Assembly (NCBI GenBank): GCA_965204865.1
Contig: OZ242027.1
Coordinates: 1,731,353 to 1,795,352, forward strand
Origin: Dehalococcoidia bacterium
GTDB lineage: Bacteria; Chloroflexota; Dehalococcoidia; Lucifugimonadales; UBA3495
Direction: 5' to 3'
DNA: 64,000 nt
Positions 11,123-22,049 of the stretch are shown here, in pieces (within the stretch, counting starts at the first letter, position 1; the number at the start of each line of letters is the position of its first letter). Made by a program: the position numbers and the translations under genes. The notes below the pieces were generated by a model. That model worked only from the letters and a program-made list of their open reading frames with translations, searched no databases and was not told the origin of the DNA.

Positions 11123-11803
11123 TCAGTCCGCATCCTGTATCGTTGCTATGTCGAAGGCGGTTCTTTTACCTTTCCACGATAGTTTAATCTCATCACCTGA
11201 CTGCCACACCAGTACTCCCTCAAGGTAATTCGGCCATCCGGTTTCTGCTGGCGATAAACGGAATATGCTTGCCACTAGGACCGACAGGATGATGTCGTGC
11301 GTGACAAAGACGTGGATTTGGCCATCGTTGCCCAGCGGGAATGTCACCAGATCAAGCAGAATTTCAACCCCCTCTGAGGTCGGACGCATACCGGGCAGGG
11401 GACTGGCGTCGTGAAGTTGGCGGCGGGCGATTTCAGGGACGGGAAGTGCCAGAAACAAAGGACCCGCTATTTCGGGATCGACAATGAAAGCGCCGGGATG
11501 CCCCAGACGCCGGTCTGTGATGACCTCGGCTGACGAACCGGCGCCGACAAGGATTCCACGTGTGGTCTGGACGCATCGGGGCACCGGGCTGGATACCGCG
11601 GTAATCGTTCTATTCTCCGATAGGGCTGCGCCCAAGTGTTCCGCATCCTGGAGACCCCGCGCGGTCAGGTTCATGTCGTGTCCGAAGGCGCCCATCGGAA
11701 TCTCCTCGCGCTCGGCGTGTCTGATGACCAAGGACACGTCCACGCCTTCAGGAACTGTGGCCAGGCGCTCCAGGATGGAGGCCACAGGATCGGGCGCGGT
11801 CAA
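11123..11803 (-). CDS. Histidine phosphatase superfamily protein (phosphoglycerate-mutase-like, branch 1)
   Basis: SLVIRHAEREE (RHG-type catalytic His), SSPVPRCVQT, VFVTHDIIL (second His). TTG start at 11803 overlaps the upstream stop (TTGA). Confidence 0.8.
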   Translation of the reverse strand: MTAPDPVASILERLATVPEGVDVSLVIRHAEREEIPMGAFGHDMNLTARGLQDAEHLGAALSENRTITAVSSPVPRCVQTTRGILVGAGSSAEVITDRRLGHPGAFIVDPEIAGPLFLALPVPEIARRQLHDASPLPGMRPTSEGVEILLDLVTFPLGNDGQIHVFVTHDIILSVLVASIFRLSPAETGWPNYLEGVLVWQSGDEIKLSWKGKRTAFDIATIQDAD

Positions 11804-13487
11804 ACTGCCCTGGCCCTGATGACCGAACTTACAGAACGGGTAGGGAGTACCTCGGTGAGTTCAAAGCCGGACTTGGCCAGGAGGTACCTGAACTGTTCCT
11901 CTGTGCGCTCCGCGCCCCCGGCCACAATAAGCATGTTCAGGTCCAGCAGGCCGCCGACGCCGGTCGTGCCGTCCAACACCATCTCAACCACGGAGAGTGT
12001 GCCCCCCTTCGGCATAGCTTCCCTGGCCTGGGTCAGAATGCGCACCGCGTCATCGTCCTGCCAGTCGTGCAGTACCCGGGCCAGTACCACCGCGCCGGAC
12101 CGGACCGGCCATTCGTTGAAGAGATCGCCGGGAACAAACCGGCAACGGTCCCCGATGTCGTCGGGTGCCTTGGCTAGGCCTACTACCTCCGAAAGATCCA
12201 TGACGGTGGCGGTCAGGCCGGGATGGGCACGAAGCAGGGTGAATGCCAGTTCGCCGGTGCCGCCGCCAGCGTCCAGTATGTGGTTGTGGCTTCCAAAGTC
12301 CCAGTCGGCCGCCAAGTCCTGGTAGTCGTGCCTGGCGTAGCTGGCAAAGGCCCTGTGAGAGGATTGCAGTTGCTCCGGCCTGTCCTTCAGTAGCTGGAAA
12401 AGGTTCTGGCCGTACAGCTTCCTGATGGCGGAGTTGCCGGTGCGGAGTGAGTACTCCGCCTCGGTCCAGGCCCTGTAGGTCTCGCCACCCCACAGGGAGG
12501 CGGCATCGGCCAGGGAGTGCAAGTGCGAGCGTTGTAGCAGGGCGCCCTTTTCGGTGTGGTGGTAGACGCCCTCGGCATCGGCCTGGACGAGTCCCAACTC
12601 CGTAAGGGCTCGTATCAGCCGGAGCCCCACGGAGTCCGCCAGTTCGAGCGATTCTTCGATGTCCTCTGCTGACGCCGGCAACGACTCGAACACACCCATT
12701 TCCACCGCAGCCCGTATGGCCTGGGTCCTCCACATCCCCACCATGTCGCCGGAGAGTTCCTCAAGAGGAGTGCGAAGAGACTCCCTAAGTTTGACCAGGA
12801 TCTTTCCTGACTCCCCGATGACCGACAGCGAACCGTCAAACCCTTCCACCCTGGCCTGCCCGTTGTAGAAGGGCTCCGCATTCCTGTAGCGGTCCTGGTA
12901 CAGCGGCTGTCCGTGAACATCGACGTGGTGCCAGCCCTGCTCATCCCGAGCACGGGCGAAGTTCTTGTGGAACACATCCAGATCGAGGAACCACCGCCCA
13001 TGCAACAGAGCGCCGGAGGGGCCGATGTGGCTGTGCCGCCCGTCATCGCTTTGCACAACGGCAGAGCCGTCCTTGAAATCCCCGGCATAGCGATAGCGCT
13101 CCTCATAGGCCGGGTTGCCGTCTTCCACAAGGTGAAAGTAGCGCCCGCCTGAGCCTCGCACGGTGCAGCGCCCCTCCTGGAAGTTGCCGCACCAGGCATA
13201 CCGCTCCGGGTAAAGGGGACTGCCGTCAGGCAGGACGTGGAGCCATCCGTCAATGGAATGCACCGCGGCGCGCCCCTCGTAGAACCCGAAGGTCCTGATG
13301 TAGCGGGGATCATAGGCCGGCAGACCGTCGGGGGTGACGTGGTAGGCGCCGGTGCTGTCCACCACCGGCGCCAAGCCCGGCGCGTGGAACTTCAGCACCT
13401 CCAGGAACCGCGCTTCGTAGACGGGTCTCCCGTAGCAGACGTGATGAGTGCCGTCCGCCGCTATCCTGTATTCTCGCCAGTTGCCGC

Positions 13488-14548
<1,061 letters not shown>

Positions 14549-14552
<4 letters not shown>

Positions 14553-15913
14553 CGCCCTCCCCTTTCCCGGATCAGTCCCTCGTAGATCTGCTCCACGGCG
14601 AGGGCATGGTCTCGGATGTCGGGAACGTTGCCGTCGGCAGACTGCAAATACCCCCGGCGGCCTAACCGTGTCGCCAGTCCCGGGTCGTCGGCCAGCCGCT
14701 GCATCTGGCGGGCCAGCGACTCGGGGTCCCGGTGGGTGAAGAGCAGACCGTTCTCTTCGTGGTGGACGTATTCGGCCATGCCGCCATAGTCGGCGGTGAT
14801 CACCGGCACGCGGGCCTGCTGGGCTTCGTGGATCACCAGCGGCGAGTTCTCGGCCCAGATGGACGGCACCACGATGGCGTCGCACAAGTTGAACACGTCC
14901 GGGACAATGTTCTGGTTACGGTACTCGCCCATCCACTCGACACGATCTCCGGCGGTACCAGGCAAGCTGCGGGCCAGCGCCTTTAGTCCCTGAGTCTCCA
15001 CTCCCCGGTCCCGCCCCCAGATGCGGAGCCTGCTCTCCCCGGACAGCCGCCCGAAAGCCTGAATCAGGTGGTCCACGCCCTTGGCCGGTATGTGAGTGCC
15101 GATGTAGCCGAAGGTAAAGGGATCGCCTGGGGCGCGCTCCCTGTCTGCCATCCGGTCAAGGTGGAAGCCGTAGTCCAGGTAGACAAGTTTCTCCTCAGGG
15201 AGGCCGAATTCGTTCCTGAACCGGCGCAGCAGGTACCTTGCCGGGGCGATGAACACGTCCACTGCGTCGCATACCTCGCGCACGTGGGACATGCGGCGAC
15301 CCACCCACCGGGTCCAGTAGTCGGCGTCCAGTTCGTACTCCCGCGCGTCTCCGGAGAAATACCGGGAGTAGCAGCGCTCGGCGCACTTGCGGTCGTCCTG
15401 TCCATTACAGACGGCCCAGGGGTCGGAGGGATCCTCCGGATACGTCTGGATGAACTGTCCCCGCGGGCACATCACCCAGTAGTCGTGGAGAGTGAACACC
15501 ACCGGCACGCCGCAATCCCTGGCAGCAAACACCAGAGACGTGGACAGGTGGTTCAGGTGTCCCACGTGGATCACATCCGGCTTAACTTCATCGAGGACAT
15601 CGGCAAAGGCGTGATCCACGGCCCGGTGCCGGTAGCCGTCTCTGGCCCTGGCCATGTTGACGACGTGAAGGGTGATATCCGGCGCGGAAGGGTCGGAGTC
15701 CCTTTGCACCTCGTATTCCTGGAGGAAGGCGTTTTCCTGCCTGGTGAAAACGTGGACCTCGTGCCGCTCCGCCAACGCTTGTGCCAGGCCCTGGGTATAG
15801 ACCTCCGAGCCGGCGTTATAGCGCATCGGATAGCCGTGAATCACTTGCAGAATTTTTAATTGCTGGCCCGGCAATCTCGGTTTCTCCTTGCTGTCGGCAA
15901 AGTCGTACCTCAT
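14549..15913 (-). CDS. GT-B fold glycosyltransferase, family 4-like
   Basis: LKILQVIHGYPMRYNAGSEVYTQGLAQALAERHEVHVFT (GT4 N-terminal domain). C-terminal VVPSIWAENSPLVIHEAQQARVPVITADYGGMAEYVHHEENGLLF (E-x7-E-type region). Confidence 0.82.
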
Positions 15914-15922
15914 TTTCCAGCG

Positions 15923-15951
15923 ATGATAGTAATAATGTTATTGCCGGTCAA
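15923..15951 (-). promoter_or_regulatory. Candidate sigma70-type promoter for the GT4-rSAM-OMT-phosphatase operon
   Basis: On the minus strand: TTGACC (15951-15946), 17-nt spacer, TATCAT (15928-15923), in an AT-rich patch. The ATG at 15913 lies only 9 nt past the -10, implying a leaderless or near-leaderless mRNA. Confidence 0.3.
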
Positions 15952-16089
15952 TGGGATGAGATGAGGACCAATACTACGCTCCTTTCCGCCTACACCCTTT
16001 TGCAGAATTTGTGCTCGCCGGTTCCGTTTGCTTGTAGGGTCTGGCATGAGGAAGCATCCCACCAGCAGGAGAGAGATACGCTATAAGCA

Positions 16090-16818
16090 AACGGACCCTT
16101 CAGCCAGTTGATAGTCCGCTCCGCCAGATTGAGTTGCTGGTTCACGGTCCGGTGGAAAGGACCAACGCGTTGTTCGTTGATTTTCCGTGGGATGGTAAAG
16201 CTTATTCTCCACCGCCTGAGGCAGGCCCTGATCCTGCGGCTGCTGTACCCTTCGTCAGCGCTGACACCGCGGACTCACTGCGGCTTGATACGGGGACGGC
16301 CGCGTCCGGAACGCCTCACAGCTCCTTGGACCATCAACTCCTCGAACGCGCTGGCCTCGTGACATTAACCAGGAGTCAGCACGAATGCTGCCGCGTTGCC
16401 CTGGCCCTCGACCTTCAGTTGGACTTTGGTCCCGAACCCTCCTTCGGGTACAGCCCAGCGCCTGACCGTCCTCCCTCCTTTGCCCCAGCCGCGTGCTGAT
16501 GCGCCCGGACGCTGGCGCCGTCCATGTAGTCCACTTCGCACTCAACATGCCCGGCGGCATCGGCTTCCCGCTGCACCTGAGTCAGAAACCGCTCCCACAA
16601 TCCCTGTTTACCCCACCGGTATGAAGGGCTGGCTACCCTGCCACAAGGCCCACAGCGCTGCGCAGGTTGGGCCTAGGGGCGCCGGCACGCAAAAACCACC
16701 AGACCCCGTTGATGATCATGCGACGGTCCTTCCCGGGCCGCCCAGTGATCGGCTTCCGGGCCGGCAATTGCGGCTTCATTCGCCGCCATCGATCATCCGT
16801 CAAATCCCCTCGTACCAC
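16090..16818 (-). pseudogene. IS5-family (IS427/IS1031-like) transposase pseudogene, multiply frameshifted with in-frame stops and C-terminally truncated
   Basis: Segments in different frames: MVRGDLTDDRWRRMKPQLPARKPITGRPGKDRRMIINGVWWFLRAGAP, then GLWERFLTQVQREADAAGHVECEVDYMDGASVRAHQHAAGAKEGG, then GGFGTKVQLKVEGQGNAAAFVLTPG(stop)CHEASAFEELM, then ADEGYSSRRIRACLRRWRISFTIPRKINEQR...NLAERTINWLK. Confidence 0.8.
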
Positions 16819-17230
16819 CCGCCTAACTCGTCATTACAACCTGTCTCATCCAGTTTAAGCTTCACAATCGGGTTTGCAAACGCGCCCTGGTGCTCTCCCC
16901 AGTCGGCGCTACTTATAGGGATAACCCAAATAGAGCCCTGCCAGGGTGTCCTGTAATTCACCCGGCTGAAAACTTCCCTTACGTGGGAGTTCTGACCGGA
17001 AACCAGATTCGCCATTGTCTACGGAATCAATTTCTTATTTGGATGGAATACAGAATTTACACATTAAAATATACAACTCTTTCGGCATACCTATTGAGTT
17101 ATACACTCAAACAGTCATTACAGTGCCTACGAATTTCTGCGGATATCTTGCGCGAAAGATAAAACTTTCCGGGTACTTGACAATCATATGAGGTGGGAAT
17201 TTTGGACAGGAACCGCAAAGGAGCGAAAAT

Positions 17231-17539
17231 ATGACTGGGCGTTTACCGCCGTTCGCCATCCACCTCAAAAGTCTGCGGGAGAAATCGGGTAAAAGCCGGT
17301 ACGCAATCGCCAGATACGCAGAGTTGGACGAAGCCTATCTGCTCCGGCTGGAATCGGGGGCTCGCCGGAATCCGTCGAGGGATGCAGTGATAAAAATTGG
17401 CCTTGCACTGGTGTCGGGAACGACTAAGATCACGAGGCACGATATCGACCGGCTCCTGGTATCGGCCGGCTATCTCCCGCTAATGGGCAGGGGTGAGCCG
17501 CTTTTCGAGGTGGACCAAGGAGACTGGACCGATAGCTAA
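17231..17539 (+). CDS. XRE-family helix-turn-helix transcriptional regulator; 3' end runs into the IS3 left inverted repeat
   Basis: AAGGAG Shine-Dalgarno 7 nt upstream of the ATG. HTH region LKSLREKSGKSRYAIARYAELDEAYLLRLESGARRNPSRDAV. The last ~11 codons (EVDQGDWTDS*) are encoded by the IS3 IRL starting near 17506. Confidence 0.75.
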   Translation: MTGRLPPFAIHLKSLREKSGKSRYAIARYAELDEAYLLRLESGARRNPSRDAVIKIGLALVSGTTKITRHDIDRLLVSAGYLPLMGRGEPLFEVDQGDWTDS

Positions 17540-18867
17540 ACGGTAATCCTGCTCCAAACTAAAGACAGCAATTGCCGTTGTCGAGGCGGAGCGGGAAATG
17601 TCCAGAGAGCGGAGAAAGTACAGCCCGCCTCCAAGGCTAGAATTGCACTGGTGGCATTGAAGGGAGAGCAGACGATGCCCGCGCTAGCCGCCCGGTTAAG
17701 GTCTACCTCAACCAGATTCAGAGGTGTATGTAGGTTCTGGCCGATGCCGAGGCAGCCATCTTTGCCCACGTCAACGGGACCGATAAGGGCAACGAGTCGA
17801 GGAACAACGACACCTTGGTGGTCCTGTTGTACCAGCAGACCGGACAGCTGAAGGAGAAGCGGGATTTCTTTCAGGAGAGGGCGGCTCCGTGATTCCAGCA
17901 CGGCGGCGCGTGATGGTCGACTGGCGACATCGGCACCTATCCGTGGTGCGGCAGTGCGAGTTCATAGGCGTCGGCAGCCCCAGCCTCCACTACCGTGCCA
18001 AGGAGACCTCGCAACGGGACCTGTCCCTGATGCCGGAGGTGGACCGCCAGTACCTGGAAACCCTCTTCCAGGGTTCCGGGCGGGTGAGGGCCTCCCTGGA
18101 ACGGCAAGGCATGCCGGTAAGCCGTAAGCGGGTACAGCGGCTCATGAGACGGGGCTGCGGTCCATCTACCGGCAGCGCCGCGCCAGCCAACCGGCGCCGG
18201 AACGCCAAATGTACCCCTGCCTGCTGAGGAACTGACGATTGCCCGTACGAACCGGGTATGATCCGCTGACATCGCCTATCTGCCCATGGCCAGGGGATTT
18301 CTCTACTTGGTGGCCATCATGGACTGGTACGGCCGTTAGGTGGCGGCCTAGCGTTTGTCCAACACTCTGGTGGCCAGCTTTTGCATCGAGGCGTCGGGCG
18401 ATACCCTGAGCCAGGGAACGCCCGACCTTTTCGAAACCCGCCAGAGAAGCCGGTTCACCAGCCGCAAGTTCACGCAGATACTCCAGGATCACTAGGCGAG
18501 GATCAGCCCGGATGGCAGAGGCCAGTGCCAGGAAATCGTAGCCGTCGAGCGGCTATGCAGGACGGTGAAGAACGGGAAGTCTACCTAAAGGCCTTCGCCA
18601 ACGGCCTTGAGGCCCGCGAGAGTACTTCCGGTTCTACGACCACCGGAGGCCGCATCAGGCCCTGGGACTACCGGACGCCGCTCGTGTGCCTGCTGCACTG
18701 TACCTGGGACGTTAGTCGCCAGCCGCTGAAACCCATGCTTGGGACTTTCTATCAATGGCCGCCGGTAAGCCGAAAATGGTGGCCCTGAATGCCTGCATGA
18801 GGTACTGATGGTGATCCTGAACTCCACGCTTAAGCACGGTTCATCTTGGAACCACGGGGCCACCAAG
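17506..18867 (+). mobile_element. Decayed copy of the IS3-family element found intact at 57176-58591
   Basis: IRL-like CGAGGTGGACCAAGGAGACTGGACCGATAGCTAAACGGTAATCCTGCTCC aligns with the intact IRL TGAGGTGGACCCAAGAAACTGGACAGGTAGCTAAGTGGGAATCCTGCTCC. IRR-like TCTTGGAACCACGGGGCCACCAAG ends near 18867. The orfA/orfB homologous sequence is broken by many frameshifts, stops and deletions (e.g. MSRERRKYSPPPRLELHWWH..., fragments [57 protein letters not shown]). Confidence 0.8.
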
Positions 18868-18980
18868 TCCCCGGCCCATTTCCATTGACCTTCCAGACAG
18901 TTGCTTGACACCAGGGGAGAAAGAAGTTGGGAAGACTATCCAGCCACTGTTAACCCGGTAGTGCCGGGTCCGGCTACGGC

Positions 18981-20039
18981 TCACTTCTTCCTCTTGGACC
19001 TCGGTTTTCCGGCGTTGGGATAAACCCTGCCTCTAGCGTCTTCGAAGTTGAACCGGTGTCTGGACCGGCCTGATTTGGCCACTTTCAGGTTATCCAAAGG
19101 TGAAGACCTTTGGCCCATCAGGGCCCTGTGTTGGTCTGCCAGGTGAATATACTGTTCGACCATGGCCCAAGTGGTATGCCCCAGGTTCTGCTTGAGCAGG
19201 AAGGGGTCGCCGCCGTGAATCAGGAATTGGGTGGCGTAGGTGTGCCTCAGCAGGTGGGCGTGCAGCCTGGGGACGCCACTGGTGTCGGCGAGCCTTCTCA
19301 TAATTGACTTGAGGGCTTCTTTTTGCATGGGGTATCCGTCGATGGACAGGAAGAATGCGTCAGCGGAAGAGGAATCCGCCTCGAACCTGTAGTGGTAGTC
19401 ATAGTGTATGAGGGTTCGCTGGCAGTTCGCTCCGAAGGCCACCACGCGCTCCTTGTTGCCCTTGCCCAGCACCTTCAGGTACCGGTCTTCCAGGTGAACA
19501 TTCTCAGGCTCAAGCCTGACTACCTCGGCGAGCCTGAGCCCGGTGTCAAGCATTAGGGTGACCATTGCAGTATCCCTGGCACCCAGAACAGTGTCTTGGT
19601 TCATGCTGCGCAGGATCCTGTCGATATCGTCACCCGTTAGGATGTCCTTGACCTTCTTGGTGAACTTGGGTGGCTTCATATGCTCGAGGCGATGCTCTTT
19701 CGTGTACCCTTGGCTGTGAAGCCAACTGAAGAAGGCTCGAAGCGCCCTCACCCTGTTGTTCACCGTGGTGCTGGAAGCGAAACCCCGGTTGCCCTTCCTG
19801 GTCTGGACGTAGAGCACGAACTGCCTGGCCTCCTCCTCTCCCAGGTCATCAATCAAGCAGGACATGCCCTCTTCTTGCAGCCAGCGGTGAAAGAGACCCA
19901 GGGCCTCGTTGTACCAGCCAACGGTTTCCTGGGACTTTCCCTCCGACCTGTTGTGAACCTCGAACTGGAGAATGAGAGTCGGGAGTTCCAATTTCCGCGA
20001 AGGCATTTTCCGTCTCCGAACTGACTGTCTTTGTGTCAT
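18981..20039 (-). CDS. Tyrosine recombinase / phage-type integrase
   Basis: N-terminal SAM-like core-binding domain (SEGKSQETVGWYNEALGLFHRWL). Catalytic region ARDTAMVTLMLDTGLRLAEV (Arg), HLLRHTYATQFL (H-x-x-R), LGHTTWAMVEQYIH (His..Tyr). Start is ATG 20039 or 20003. The ORF-track extension to 20441 reads through a tRNA-like sequence. Confidence 0.88.
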   Translation of the reverse strand: MTQRQSVRRRKMPSRKLELPTLILQFEVHNRSEGKSQETVGWYNEALGLFHRWLQEEGMSCLIDDLGEEEARQFVLYVQTRKGNRGFASSTTVNNRVRALRAFFSWLHSQGYTKEHRLEHMKPPKFTKKVKDILTGDDIDRILRSMNQDTVLGARDTAMVTLMLDTGLRLAEVVRLEPENVHLEDRYLKVLGKGNKERVVAFGANCQRTLIHYDYHYRFEADSSSADAFFLSIDGYPMQKEALKSIMRRLADTSGVPRLHAHLLRHTYATQFLIHGGDPFLLKQNLGHTTWAMVEQYIHLADQHRALMGQRSSPLDNLKVAKSGRSRHRFNFEDARGRVYPNAGKPRSKRKK

Positions 20040-20240
20040 AATATGTACTTGCCTCACAGTTGAGAATTGCCTGGCAGGCAAGCATTCGGAGACGGGGGCT
20101 TGGCGGCAGAAAAGGCAGGGGACCGGATTAGGAGGGCTGGCGGGAGAATCGCCGGTCAATCGGCCGACCGGGTGTCGATTTGAAGCTGTAAGGGGCGGGA
20201 ATTTCCAAATTCCCGGCTGGGGCGCAGGACGTTTAATTTG

Positions 20241-20281
20241 CAAGCAGGGGGTCAGGGGTTCGACCCCCCTCACCTCCACCT
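20241..20281 (+). other. tRNA/tmRNA-like 3' fragment (T-arm + 3' acceptor strand), candidate att/direct-repeat site
   Basis: AGGGG-TTCGACC-CCCCT (T-stem/loop, 20254-20270) followed by CACCTCC-A-CC (20271-20280). No matching 5' acceptor strand (GGRGGTG), D-arm or anticodon arm in the preceding 90-250 nt. GGACG upstream is reminiscent of tmRNA 3' regions. Confidence 0.5.
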
Positions 20282-20556
20282 CGTCGCAGACTGCTTGCGT
20301 TGCCCCTGATATGGCCTCTGTCTCTCTGAAGAGGTTCCGATTACTTTCACTTTTCCGCAGTACCATAAAGACAGTCGTGGGACTGCTATGGACCGTCCTC
20401 TGCTGCTTAATTGTCTGATCATACATACTTGACTGGCGCACAAGTAGCTGGTATGCACCTAGCGCACAAGACTGGACTCAAGATGCGTTCCGGGGGCGGT
20501 CATCATTGTCAGAGATGGACTAAGAGCATCGAAAAGCAGGCAGGAGGGCAAAACGT

Positions 20557-21957
20557 ATGGCAGAACTGAAAATTGCGACCCTTTCCGGCGACTACGCCGT
20601 CATCAGCGAGGCGGCGGTCGAGGACTTCCGGGGCAGTTTGCACGGGGAGTCTCTGCTCCCGGATGATGCCGGGTACGACAGCGCCCGGCGCATCTGGAAC
20701 GCCATGATTGACAAACGGCCCGCCCTGATTGCCCGTTGCAGCGGAACCGCCGACGTAATCTACTCGGTCAACTTCGCCAGGGATAACGGCCTGCTGATAT
20801 CGGTGCGCGGCGGCGGCCATAACTTCCCGGGCAACAGTGTTTGCAACGACGGGCTGATGATAGACCTTTCCCGGATGACCGGCGTCCGCGTTGATCCGGC
20901 GTCCAGAACGGTCCGGGCCCAAGGCGGGACTAAGTGGGGAGCATTCGACCACGAGACCCAGGCCTTCGGACTCGCCGCGCCCGGAGGGACCGACCTGGAC
21001 ACCGGCATCGCCGGTCTCACGCTGGGCGGGGGCATCGGATGGCTGTCCGGCAGCTACGGCCTCAGTTGCGACAACCTGGTTTCCGCCGACGTGGTCACCG
21101 CCGACGGCCAGCCGCTCACCGCCAGCGCCGACGAGAACCCCGACCTGTTCTGGGGGATTCGTGGCGGCGGCGGCAACTTCGGCGTCGTCACCTCTCTCGA
21201 GTACCAACTCCATCCCGTCGGGCCTGCGGTGCTGGCGGGCTGGTTGATCTACCCCTTCGACAAGGTGAGGGAGTTCTTCGCCCAAGTCAATGACTTCACG
21301 AACAATATGCCCGACGAGCTGAACCTCATCACCTTCCTGCACACACTCCCCGATGATGGCGGAAGAGCGTGCAGCATCCTGCTCTGCTACCACGGCCCCA
21401 TCGAAGAAGGAAAGCGAGTCATTCAGCCCCTCCGGGAGTTCGGTCCGCCATTACTGGACGACATTAAACCCATGCCATACACCGAGGCCCAAAAGCTGGC
21501 GGTGGCTCCCGCAGGACGCCAGAACTATCTGAAATCCCATTTCGTGAGCCAGGTCGGCGATGGCATTGTGGACATAGCGCTCGACTATTTCGAGCGGATA
21601 ACCTCGCCGCTATCGTCCATCCTCTTCCAGTATCTCGGCAACGCCGCCCGGCGCGTGCCCGCCAACGAGACTGCCTTCGGTCACCGGGGCGCCCTGTGCG
21701 AGTGGGCCACCAATGCGGTTTTCCTGGACCCGGGGGAATCCGAGGTCCACGTCCGCTGGGCCCGGGATTTTGCCTCGGAATTGTCGCCCTTCTCCTCGGG
21801 AGCCTACATCAACCAAGTCGGCACCGAAGCGGAAGAGGGGGCGGAAGAAATACAGGCGGCCTTCGGGGACAACTTCCAGAGGTTGGCAGCCCTGAAACAG
21901 AAGTACGACCCGGCGAACCTGTTCAGCCACAACCAGAACATCCGGCCCAGAGTCTAG
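20557..21957 (+). CDS. FAD-linked oxidase (FAD_binding_4 / berberine-bridge-enzyme-like C-terminus)
   Basis: ISVRGGGHNFPGNS, GGTDLDTGIAGLTLGGGIGWLSG, C-terminal YDPANLFSHNQNIRP. Confidence 0.85.
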   Translation: MAELKIATLSGDYAVISEAAVEDFRGSLHGESLLPDDAGYDSARRIWNAMIDKRPALIARCSGTADVIYSVNFARDNGLLISVRGGGHNFPGNSVCNDGLMIDLSRMTGVRVDPASRTVRAQGGTKWGAFDHETQAFGLAAPGGTDLDTGIAGLTLGGGIGWLSGSYGLSCDNLVSADVVTADGQPLTASADENPDLFWGIRGGGGNFGVVTSLEYQLHPVGPAVLAGWLIYPFDKVREFFAQVNDFTNNMPDELNLITFLHTLPDDGGRACSILLCYHGPIEEGKRVIQPLREFGPPLLDDIKPMPYTEAQKLAVAPAGRQNYLKSHFVSQVGDGIVDIALDYFERITSPLSSILFQYLGNAARRVPANETAFGHRGALCEWATNAVFLDPGESEVHVRWARDFASELSPFSSGAYINQVGTEAEEGAEEIQAAFGDNFQRLAALKQKYDPANLFSHNQNIRPRV

Positions 21958-22049
21958 GCCCCGAAGGGGTCGGGCGCTGACGTGCCGCGGAAGAACGTGG
22001 GATATAATGGCCGAAAGGGATGGGTTATCCCGCCCCATGGGAGCCGACA

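Noticed and set aside
16108-16956. Plus-strand ORFs 16108-16362, 16134-16499 and 16396-16956
   Set aside because: They lie antisense to clearly recognisable IS5-family transposase fragments, and their translations are Pro/Arg/Ser-rich.
20041-20281. A complete tmRNA or tRNA gene ending at 20281
   Set aside because: No 5' acceptor strand complementary to CACCTCC (GGRGGTG) was found at tRNA or type-II tRNA distance. No D-arm or anticodon arm could be folded by eye, and no convincing tag-peptide frame ending in hydrophobic-Ala-Ala was seen. The available 240 nt upstream of the fragment abut the integrase start. It is therefore treated as a fragment only; covariance-model tools should confirm.
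20040-20441. N-terminal 134-aa extension of the integrase ORF (track start 20441)
   Set aside because: The extension translates the reverse complement of the tRNA-like fragment (VRGVEPLTPCLQ) and non-coding sequence. The integrase core-binding domain begins after ATG 20039/20003.
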